A stretch of DNA of 64,000 nucleotides from Alphaproteobacteria bacterium (lineage in GTDB: Bacteria; Pseudomonadota; Alphaproteobacteria; UBA828): assembly GCA_963667785.2 (NCBI GenBank), contig CAXXMU010000006.1:288001-352000 (forward strand). The letters are read 5' to 3'. This document shows positions 37,221 through 45,563 of the stretch, piece by piece. Numbering within the stretch: position 1 is the stretch's first letter; the number at the start of each line of letters is the position of its first letter. A program made the position numbers and the translations under genes. The notes under the pieces are model-generated. The model was not told the DNA's origin and made no database searches. It saw only the letters and a program-made list of their open reading frames with translations.

Positions 37221-38522
37221 ATGAAGAGCCCCATCGACGCAGCAGAATTTCTCGTGTCGAAAGCCGGCGACGACGACGCGTTTCGTGACCGTCTGCGCGC
37301 AAACCCCACGGAAACGATCGAAACGGAGCTGGGCGTCACCCTTGACGAAGGTCATCGGATTCACGTGCACGAAGACAGCTATTCGGCGACCCATCTCGTG
37401 CTTCCGCCGCGCGAGAAATACACTCGAGAAGAACGGGAGGAAGCAAGAGGCGGTGCGGCGTCGCTCGAGTTTCTTCGCAAGACAATGCACGACCCCGCGC
37501 CTCCCCGTCGTCCGCCTGCGCCCGGACGGTCGCGCTCCCGAGAGATCGTTCCTACCGCCGAGGCACTGGCGAGAGAGGCCGAAGAAAGCATCGGTCTCGG
37601 TCTCGAATTCCTGACATCGACCATCGACGAATTCGGAGCCTGGCACTGCATCCGCTTCAACACCGCCGACCCGGACATTCCCCGGCACTTCGAAAGACCC
37701 CCCTTCGTTTCGGCTCTCTGCGTGCTTGCCTTGGAGCGTTGCCGTGACGCGCGCGCAAAGGCCGTGTGCGCTGCCACAAGGGCGTATCTCGTCGGCACGA
37801 TCGAATATCCCGGGCTATGGCGCTACTACCGCCATTTGCCGCAAGACCTCGACAGCACGGCGCTCTGTTCGCTCGTCCTCCGGGCTCATCCCTGGATTTT
37901 GCTGGGCAGAAACGTTCCGAAAATACTGGCCAATCGCGACGAGGAGGGTCGTTTCCTGACATGGCTCCTGGCGGAAGACGAGCCCACCGTCGTGTCGACC
38001 TTTCGCATCGAAGCCGACCCCGTGGTCAATGCGAACGTCATCGCCTATCTCGGCGACCACCCCGAAACCGAACCCGCCCAACGCTGGCTGGAAGCCCTGC
38101 TTGGCGAAGGCGGCGAGACGAATTCGTCCAAATGGTATCCGGATACCGTCGCGATCTACTATGCGATCAGCCGCGCCGTGGTTCGCGTGCAGCCTGCTCT
38201 CGATCGCCTGCGCCCGGTGCTCGCGGAGCGTATCCTGGGTTTGCGCGACGGGGCGGGAGAATTCGGCAACGTTCTCCAGACCGCCCAGGCCGCGTCGGCG
38301 CTCCACAACGTCGGACGCCTCGAAAACGATCACGCCAAACGCCAGGCGGAAACGTTGATCAGTTTGCAAGGTAACGACGGTAGCTGGCCGGAGCTTCTCG
38401 CCTTCGGCGACCAGTCCGTCAAGTGGGGTACGGCAGGCCGGATAGGGCACGGCTCCGAAGCCGTGACGTCCGCGTTCTGCATCGAAGCTCTGGCGCGTCT
38501 CGTCGAGATATTGCGGACTTGA
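37221..38522 (+). CDS. NHLP-leader domain fused to a prenyltransferase/squalene-cyclase-like alpha-barrel domain
   Basis: Residues 1-78 align without gaps to the precursor leader (FR..L.A.P, ELG, VHE, HL.LPP, GG); later PQDLDSTA, DPVVNANV, LQGNDGSWP (QW repeat). Confidence 0.7.
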   Translation: MKSPIDAAEFLVSKAGDDDAFRDRLRANPTETIETELGVTLDEGHRIHVHEDSYSATHLVLPPREKYTREEREEARGGAASLEFLRKTMHDPAPPRRPPAPGRSRSREIVPTAEALAREAEESIGLGLEFLTSTIDEFGAWHCIRFNTADPDIPRHFERPPFVSALCVLALERCRDARAKAVCAATRAYLVGTIEYPGLWRYYRHLPQDLDSTALCSLVLRAHPWILLGRNVPKILANRDEEGRFLTWLLAEDEPTVVSTFRIEADPVVNANVIAYLGDHPETEPAQRWLEALLGEGGETNSSKWYPDTVAIYYAISRAVVRVQPALDRLRPVLAERILGLRDGAGEFGNVLQTAQAASALHNVGRLENDHAKRQAETLISLQGNDGSWPELLAFGDQSVKWGTAGRIGHGSEAVTSAFCIEALARLVEILRT

Positions 38523-38624
38523 GGGAGGCGCCTTTGCGACGCGCTCGCCGGCACGGGCGTTCGCAAGCGCCCTCTCGTTGAAGCCGATTCGACTCCTGCA
38601 CCCGTTGTCGCGTGAGGAAGCACC

Positions 38625-39743
38625 ATGGACGTTGACGAGGCAGTCACGCTTACCCAGGACCGTCTTGCCCGAGAGGGCGGCACCATGGCCGACCTGCTCG
38701 GGCACTTTCGAAGCGGGATCTCGCCGGTTCTCATCGGCGATCCGGAATGGGAGGACATACTCGACTGCGCCGGGAAACTTCCCATCACCATGGGCGCTCT
38801 GCCGTTCGGCTTTGAACTGCCGCTGCATGCGCGCAGGCCACAGGCCGATTTCGGTGTTTCGCTCGCGAGCGGAACCAGAACGGCGGCGTTTTTCGAGGAA
38901 CGCGCTCGGACCGACCGGTCGGATGGAACCGCGAAAGCGATCATGCAGTTGTTCAGACAAATGGATGACGAAGACTCACCGCTGCGTGACATTGTCGGCC
39001 GCAAGTTGATGCTGGAATTCGACATCGGCTCGGCGCGGGAAGGCAAGACATCGCTTCCGGGCATGTTCCTGCGGCCGGGCGAACGCCCCATCATCGGCGC
39101 CCGTGGTCAGGCGGACGATGTCGCCATGGTGGTCGACGCGCTCGCTTCCTGCGTCGGCTGGGAGGTGACCGACGCCGAGCGGGCGACCGTCGAACGCGTT
39201 TACCTGGCGCAGCCGGGAGAGACGCGCATGGATTCGTTCGGTGTGTTCCCGTCTCGCTCGCGGGCGATCCGCCTGGCGATCATGGGCTTCAGATCGGGGC
39301 AGGAAACATGTTCCTATCTTGAAGACACGGGCTGGCCGGGCCGAATCCAGACCGTCGCCTCCGTGATTGCGCGCTTCAGGGAGCGCGCGAACATCGTCAG
39401 GATCGGGGCGAACATCGACGTGCAGGAAGAGGGTCTCGGTCCAACGCTCGGCCTCACGCTCATCGTCAAGCAGAGATACACGAAGGATTCGCGCTATTGG
39501 CTCGACGGCCTGACCGATTGGGACCCGTTCCTGGCGGCACTGAGCCACGAGGACCTCGTCGTTCCGGAGAAGCTTGCGGCGCTTGCTGACTGGGTCTCGA
39601 AACCGACAACGCTTTTTGCGAAGTCCGGGCAGTATGTACTGCTGCGCGGCATTCACCACATAAAGCTTGTCATATCCGGAAATCGGCTCCGACACGCGAA
39701 AGCCTACGTGTTCATGGTGCTTTCCGGAGCGGTCTCGGCTTAG
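38625..39743 (+). CDS. Hypothetical protein, putative ABBA-type peptide/aromatic prenyltransferase
   Basis: FGFELPL..ADFGV, LMLEFD, IRL, GPTLGL, HHIKLV..AKAY pattern recalls prenyltransferase domains seen with RiPP terpene cyclases; unverified. Confidence 0.45.
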   Translation: MDVDEAVTLTQDRLAREGGTMADLLGHFRSGISPVLIGDPEWEDILDCAGKLPITMGALPFGFELPLHARRPQADFGVSLASGTRTAAFFEERARTDRSDGTAKAIMQLFRQMDDEDSPLRDIVGRKLMLEFDIGSAREGKTSLPGMFLRPGERPIIGARGQADDVAMVVDALASCVGWEVTDAERATVERVYLAQPGETRMDSFGVFPSRSRAIRLAIMGFRSGQETCSYLEDTGWPGRIQTVASVIARFRERANIVRIGANIDVQEEGLGPTLGLTLIVKQRYTKDSRYWLDGLTDWDPFLAALSHEDLVVPEKLAALADWVSKPTTLFAKSGQYVLLRGIHHIKLVISGNRLRHAKAYVFMVLSGAVSA

Positions 39744-39752
39744 AGACGAAGG

Positions 39753-39780
39753 TGCCCCCCGGCGTTCGCGAAGGGGGGCA
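39753..39780. terminator. Hairpin between convergent genes
   Basis: tgcccccc ... ggggggca inverted repeat. Confidence 0.45.
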
Positions 39781-39849
39781 GTTCAGGCCGCGCACGAACG
39801 CGGATTCGGAATGTTCCGCTTGTGACCGGCTACACGCCGGCCATGGGAT

Positions 39850-40101
39850 CTACCAGCAGCAGCACAGCCCGGCCGAGATGGCCTCGAGCTGCTCCTCGCT
39901 GATGTTTGGGTCCGGCGGCAACGCGAGATGCACCGTCTGCATGTCGCTCTCATGGACCTTAATCGTCATCGACTCGGGAATGGTGATGCCCAGCTCCTCG
40001 GAGATGGTGCTCTTCGGATCTGCGAGAAGCTGCTGCCTGAAATCCGCATCCAGAGCAGACTTCTCGACTATCTGCTTCAGCATTTCGTCGCCACTTCTCA
40101 T
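39850..40101 (-). CDS. srpE: Proteusin/NHLP RiPP precursor, 78-aa leader plus core LCCCW
   Basis: DADFRQQLLADPK..ELG..VHE..HLALPP..EQLEAISAG|LCCCW; ATG at 40101 after AAGGGAG. Symbol from recalled sponge srp precursor with core LCCCW. Confidence 0.93.
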   Translation of the reverse strand: MRSGDEMLKQIVEKSALDADFRQQLLADPKSTISEELGITIPESMTIKVHESDMQTVHLALPPDPNISEEQLEAISAGLCCCW

Positions 40102-40255
40102 GGCAATGCTCCCTTGGTTCACGCACGATACCGAGTAACACGATCATTTTTCCCGGTCAAGCGCCTGAAGTAACGGAATTTATTATGGTATCGGCAAGTT
40201 TATCTTATGACGCCGGAATGCCTGGTGTGGCGTACGGCGGCCGCGCGCCGGCTTC

Positions 40256-42598
40256 TCAGGACTCGGTCGCGGCCCGCTTCGCAGATCGCCGGTCGAGCGC
40301 CGTCAGCAGCGCCGGCAAGAGCGTCAGGTCGGCAACGAGCGCAAAGGCGATGATCAGCGCGGTAAGGACCCCGACCTGCGCGGTCGGAACGAACGGAGAG
40401 AACACGAAGATGAGAAAACCGGCGACGAGCACGACCGTCGTCGTGAACAGGGCACGGCCGCTCGTGTCGAAGGCGTAGCGCACCGCCTCGTCCGGGTCAT
40501 GGCCGAATTCATGCCGCGCACGGCGGTACTTGCTGAGGAAATGCACCGTATCGTCGACGACGATGCCTATGGTCATGGCCACCACGACAGACAGCGAAAG
40601 ACCGACCTGTCCGACCGCCAATCCCCAGACGCCGAAACCCAGCACGGCGGGAAGCAGGTTGGGAACGATGCTTATCAGGCCCAGCCGCAGCGAGCGTAGA
40701 GCGAAGAGGAGAATGGCGGAGATGGCCAGGAGCACGACCAGCGTCCCGATCAGCACCGCCTGGATGTTGCGCTGCCCGATGTAGGCGAACAGCGCCGAGG
40801 GCCCGGTGCTGTTCACGCTGGCGACATGCGGCGCGTTTTCCTTCAGCCAGGTCTCGGCACGTTCGTTCAGTTCGAGCACATCCTTCGAATAGAGGGTCTC
40901 GGTCGATACCGACATGCGCGTGGCCGACCTGGACCGGTCGATCTGGTTGTTCACGTCGAGACCGTCCGGCAGCGAAAGCTCGTAGAGGAGCAGATATTGC
41001 GCTGCCAGCTCCCGGCTTTCCGGAATCCCGTAAGCGCCCGGGTCGTCGCCGTGCATGCTCTTGTTGAGTTGCCGGAAGGTATCGGTGATGACCGACACGT
41101 GGCGTACCGGTGCCTGCTCCCGGTACCAGTCGGCGAAGTTCGCGACGTCGGCGAGGAAAAGCGGATCCGTGGCGCCGCCTTCGCTGGATGCATGCAGCGA
41201 GTATTCGAGCAGGGTATTCCCGCTCAAGCGCTCATCCATGAAATCCGTGTCCTGCCTGAACTCGACGCTCTCGTCGAAGAAATGGACCAGAACGTCATTG
41301 AGATCGTTGCGCGGAATGCCCAGAGCCATCGCCACCACGACCACCAGCCATCCCGCGAACAGCGCCTTCCTGTGGTGCAGCACGAAATCCGCCACGCGGT
41401 TCATCGAGAGCCCGCGGAAGAGCCGGCGCTCCTTCGGCGCACGCATGGGGAGAAGCGAGAGGATGGCCGGCAGGAAGGTGACGGAAAGTATGAACGACGC
41501 GCCAATGCCGATGGCGACGAAGTTGCCGAGATGGCGGTAGGGCGGAACCTCGGAAAAGTTCATGCTCAGGAAGCCGAGCGCCGTCGTGAGACTCGCCAGA
41601 AACACCGGATGCAAGTTGAGCCGGACGGCTTCGACGATGGCATCGCGCTTGGAATCCCCGGCTCGGAGACGCTGCTGCAACGCCACCAGCAGGTGCACGC
41701 AGTTCGCCACGACAATCATCAACACGATGGTGGGGGCCGGGGAGACGGGCGGCGAAAAGGGCAGGCCGAACCACACGCCGAGGCCCACCGACACGAAAAT
41801 CGAGAAGACGATCACCATCCCGGTCGTCGCCACCCCCGCCCAGCGCCGTGTCAGGAGGCCGAGGATCACGGCCATGAGCAGAAGGCTCGCGGGAAGAAAG
41901 ATCATCTGGCTGCTGAGCGAGGCTTCCACGAAGGTCTGGTTGACCATGACCGTCCCGACGACGCGGAGGTCCATGCCCGGGAATCGCTCTTCCGCCTCCG
42001 CCGCGATCGATCTGGCGAATTCGGCAACCTCGGCGACGGCCTCCAGCAGGCCGTCCTCCGGCAGCTCGACGGTGACGTTCACGACGCTGACATCGCCGTT
42101 CAGGGCCAGGATGCTGCCCGCGATGCGCGGGTCGGACAAAGCGATGGCACGGACGTGCTCCCGCGCTTCGGCTCGGGTCAGCTCCTGGGGATCGACGAGG
42201 TCCCGCACGTACAGGTCGTCGCCGTCGGCGGTCGTGTATTGAAAATTGGCGAGTGAGTCGACGCGCCGGGAATAGGGTGTCTGCCAGGCGGCCTTCGTCA
42301 GCCAGACGGCCGCAGAGAGTGCGTCTTGCGAGGTGGCGTCGCCATCGTCCGGCACGATCAGGAAGGCGATGTTCTCGTGCTTGCCGTACGTATTCTCCAG
42401 CTCCTCGAGCGCCAGAAGCTGCGGATTGTCTTCGTCGAAGAAGATTCGATAGTTGGCAGAGAACTCGAGCTGGGTAACGCCCAGCGTCGCGACCGCAACC
42501 ACGAACACCGTGGCCGCGATGACCCACCAGCGAGCCGCAAGCACCCGCTCGGCAAATCGCTTAGCGAATTGCTCTCTTGCTATCTCGGGCTTATCCAC
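40256..42598 (-). CDS. MMPL/RND-family exporter
   Basis: Two TM bundles with periplasmic loops; ASLTTALGFLS, TIGIVVDDTVHFL, ADLTLLPAL. Confidence 0.88.
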   Translation of the reverse strand: MDKPEIAREQFAKRFAERVLAARWWVIAATVFVVAVATLGVTQLEFSANYRIFFDEDNPQLLALEELENTYGKHENIAFLIVPDDGDATSQDALSAAVWLTKAAWQTPYSRRVDSLANFQYTTADGDDLYVRDLVDPQELTRAEAREHVRAIALSDPRIAGSILALNGDVSVVNVTVELPEDGLLEAVAEVAEFARSIAAEAEERFPGMDLRVVGTVMVNQTFVEASLSSQMIFLPASLLLMAVILGLLTRRWAGVATTGMVIVFSIFVSVGLGVWFGLPFSPPVSPAPTIVLMIVVANCVHLLVALQQRLRAGDSKRDAIVEAVRLNLHPVFLASLTTALGFLSMNFSEVPPYRHLGNFVAIGIGASFILSVTFLPAILSLLPMRAPKERRLFRGLSMNRVADFVLHHRKALFAGWLVVVVAMALGIPRNDLNDVLVHFFDESVEFRQDTDFMDERLSGNTLLEYSLHASSEGGATDPLFLADVANFADWYREQAPVRHVSVITDTFRQLNKSMHGDDPGAYGIPESRELAAQYLLLYELSLPDGLDVNNQIDRSRSATRMSVSTETLYSKDVLELNERAETWLKENAPHVASVNSTGPSALFAYIGQRNIQAVLIGTLVVLLAISAILLFALRSLRLGLISIVPNLLPAVLGFGVWGLAVGQVGLSLSVVVAMTIGIVVDDTVHFLSKYRRARHEFGHDPDEAVRYAFDTSGRALFTTTVVLVAGFLIFVFSPFVPTAQVGVLTALIIAFALVADLTLLPALLTALDRRSAKRAATES

Positions 42599-42620
42599 TG
42601 GACTGGCGCCACCTTTCCGC

Positions 42621-45563
42621 TCACGCGATCTGCCTCCTGACCAGTTCCCTGAATACGCCGTCGGCCTCCATGAGTTCGGCGAAGGAGCCGCTCTGCACGA
42701 CTCTTCCGGCCTGCAATACGTAGATTCGGTCGGCCTGTTCCAGCGTGGACAGGCGGTGGGCGATGACGAGCCGGGTGGACGTCAGGGCGGCGAGGTTGCG
42801 CATGACCTTGGCCTGGTTCTCGTTGTCCAGCCAGTTGGTGGCCTCGTCGAACAGCATGATCCGCGGGCTGCCAATGACCGAGCGGGCGATCGTCAGGCGC
42901 TGGCTCTCGCCGCCGGACAGCACCGCCCCGCTGGTGCCGACCATGGTCATCATGCCCATGGGCATGCTCTTGATTTCGGCCTCGAGCTCGGCGATCCGGA
43001 CCGCCGTCCAGACCTCCTCGCTGGCCACGTCGTCGTGGTGGCCGACCAGGTTATCCCAAAGATCCTGTGGATGGAGTCCGACCGATTGCGGTACCGCGCC
43101 GATTCTCCGGCGCACCTGCCTCAGGTTCAGGTGCCTCAGATCGCGGCCGTCGTAATACACCGCGCCGGCGGTAGGCCGGTCTATGCCAAGCGCGAGCCGG
43201 AAGAGCGTGCTCTTGCCGGCCCCGGACTCGCCGGCAATCGCGACGAATTCCCCGGCACGGGCGCGAATGGTGACGTCGTCGAGAACCAGCGGGCCATCAG
43301 GATCGTAACGGAAGGAGATGCGGTCGAACAAAATGTCGCCGCCCAAGTACTCGACCGGCTCTCCTTCGAGCTCGGTTTCAGGAGCCGCGGCGAGCAGCGG
43401 ACGCATCTGATCGAACGCCGGCAGCATGGCGACAATGGTGCCGAAGGACTCTCCGAGGCGGGCGATGGCAGACTGGAACGTGATGAAGACGATGTAGACG
43501 ACGAGAAAATCGCCGACCGGAACGGCCCGATCGCCCACCGCGATCACCGCGAAGAGTAGCACCCCGCCGGCGAGAAACGGGAGCGCGGCACCGAACGCCC
43601 GTGAATGCCCCTCCAGCGCATTCAGCTCCAGCTCCGCCCGCTTCTGCTCGCGATAGTCTCGCGCCCAGATCGCGAACGCCGATCCTTCCGCGTTTTCCAC
43701 ACGCAGCTTGGCGATGCCGCCCACGATCTGGAACAGCCGGCCGGCGACGCGACGCGCCGCACCGATCATCCGCCCATAGGGCGAAATCTGGCGCAACCCG
43801 AGGAGGACGGTGACCAGCAGCGACGCCAGGCTGAAGGCGAGCGCAATGGCTCCGAGAGTCGCATCGTAGAAGAAGATGACGCCGAAGACCGGAAGCAGGA
43901 AAACGATCGACAGCAGGCTGTCGGCGACGATTCCCTGCACACCGTCGCGAAGGGTCTGGAACGTCATTCCCGACATGGCCAGATCGCCGGCCGGATGGCG
44001 GCGCAGGACGCTCGGCGGCAAGCGCATGAGGCGGTCCCACACGGCAGCTTCGACCCGCGACGCCGAGCGCCCCTCGAGCCGCATCATGGCCGTGCTCTGA
44101 GCCATGTGCAGCAGTGCACCGAGCAGGCCGAACACCGCCACCACCACGGCAACAACGTAGAGCGCTCCGACGTTTCCGCCCGTCGCGACGTGACTTGCGA
44201 CGAAGCCAAGCGCGATCGCCGGCAGCAGCTTGATCAGGCCGCCCGGAAGACCGGCAATCACCAGCCGCGCCAGATCCGGGGCCGATCCATGCAGGGCGAT
44301 ACCCAGCAGGTCTGCCGGTTTCACGTTCCCCGACGGCAATGGCCGATAGAACATCCAGGCTTCGTCGCCCAGCGCATCGGCGCGCTCCGCCGTCATCCGA
44401 ACGCTGCGCTTGCTGACCGGGTCGACTTCCCGGTAGCGCCCGAGCATCCCCGGCAATAGCGCTACGGGCCGGCCGTCTTCGGCGCGGAATGCCAGCAACG
44501 CGTTGCTGTCGCCGCGCCACCAGTCGCCCTCGTCCTTGAGCCGCACGCGCCGGGCACGCACGCCCGACGCATCGAGAACGTCAACGAGGCCGATCGGAGA
44601 TTCGGACGGTCCCGAGCGCGCCGGAATCCTGAAATCGATGCCCTCACGGCGGCCGATGATGTGCAGGGCATCCGTGAGGGACGTGTCCTCGACGCTTGCA
44701 TCCCGTTCGATCGGACGATCGTAGATGTTGTAGAGCCGCTGCCGCGCAGCTCGTTCTGCCGTCCGGCGGCTGGTGGTTCGCGCGCGTTCGAGATTCGCCT
44801 CGTCGACCATCGCCAGCCGGCGGTTGAGGCGCTCCAGGGCGAGAGCAACCGCGTGAAAGGAGGCGAGCGCGGGCAGCAGCTTGCCCGTTCGCGCCAGAGC
44901 CTCGGTCGACTTGCCGGAAAGAGTCGCCTCGTCGAACAAGGTGAGCCAGCTCGTCCTCGTCAGCGCTATCACGGCGTCGTGCGGACCGCCGGTCCCGGCA
45001 AGCTCCGACTGGTCGACGACATCCATGAACAGGCTCGTGCCGGGTGGCGGTTGGGATACCCACACCACGCCGCGCCGCACCGACAGCGTGCAGGGGGCGA
45101 GCGCCCGTGTCATGCCGGGCTCGGCCAGCGCGGTCGGACGCGGGAGGCGACCCGCGAAACGCGACAACGTCTCGGTAATGGCGTTCAGCCATGTGTTGGT
45201 CTGCTCCGCCAGCTCCGACGGCCGAACCTCCGACAGCAGGGATGTCGGCAGGCGTCTCAGGAGAGTACCGGGCTGTCCCTTGGCGATCAGGCTGAGCGTC
45301 GTGCCTTCGTCGTCGTCTCCTTCATCCGGTGCGACGCCCGGCACCAGCCATCCCGCGTCGCGGCGCAGCAGGTGCTGCGGCGCCGCCTGCTCGACGCCGT
45401 CCTTGAATTCGACCAGGAACAGATTGACGGCACCCTGATCGATGAACCAGACACTGTCCGGGTCGTCGAGCGTCACGGGCAGATTGCCCGCGCAGGGCAC
45501 CGACGTGCCGGCGCGCTCGGCGAGCGCGGCCAACGAGGTATATGCCGTCCCGGCGCCCTGCAT
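42621..45563 (-). CDS. NHLP bacteriocin-system ABC transporter (permease/ATPase, no peptidase)
   Basis: N-terminal cNMP-like region, WWRGD..LLAF, GESGAGKST, LSGGESQR, FDEAT; ATG at 45563. Confidence 0.88.
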   Translation of the reverse strand: MQGAGTAYTSLAALAERAGTSVPCAGNLPVTLDDPDSVWFIDQGAVNLFLVEFKDGVEQAAPQHLLRRDAGWLVPGVAPDEGDDDEGTTLSLIAKGQPGTLLRRLPTSLLSEVRPSELAEQTNTWLNAITETLSRFAGRLPRPTALAEPGMTRALAPCTLSVRRGVVWVSQPPPGTSLFMDVVDQSELAGTGGPHDAVIALTRTSWLTLFDEATLSGKSTEALARTGKLLPALASFHAVALALERLNRRLAMVDEANLERARTTSRRTAERAARQRLYNIYDRPIERDASVEDTSLTDALHIIGRREGIDFRIPARSGPSESPIGLVDVLDASGVRARRVRLKDEGDWWRGDSNALLAFRAEDGRPVALLPGMLGRYREVDPVSKRSVRMTAERADALGDEAWMFYRPLPSGNVKPADLLGIALHGSAPDLARLVIAGLPGGLIKLLPAIALGFVASHVATGGNVGALYVVAVVVAVFGLLGALLHMAQSTAMMRLEGRSASRVEAAVWDRLMRLPPSVLRRHPAGDLAMSGMTFQTLRDGVQGIVADSLLSIVFLLPVFGVIFFYDATLGAIALAFSLASLLVTVLLGLRQISPYGRMIGAARRVAGRLFQIVGGIAKLRVENAEGSAFAIWARDYREQKRAELELNALEGHSRAFGAALPFLAGGVLLFAVIAVGDRAVPVGDFLVVYIVFITFQSAIARLGESFGTIVAMLPAFDQMRPLLAAAPETELEGEPVEYLGGDILFDRISFRYDPDGPLVLDDVTIRARAGEFVAIAGESGAGKSTLFRLALGIDRPTAGAVYYDGRDLRHLNLRQVRRRIGAVPQSVGLHPQDLWDNLVGHHDDVASEEVWTAVRIAELEAEIKSMPMGMMTMVGTSGAVLSGGESQRLTIARSVIGSPRIMLFDEATNWLDNENQAKVMRNLAALTSTRLVIAHRLSTLEQADRIYVLQAGRVVQSGSFAELMEADGVFRELVRRQIA

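Noticed and set aside
37221-37454. Second independent precursor peptide
   Set aside because: No stop follows the GG motif; the frame continues about 355 codons into an enzyme-like domain
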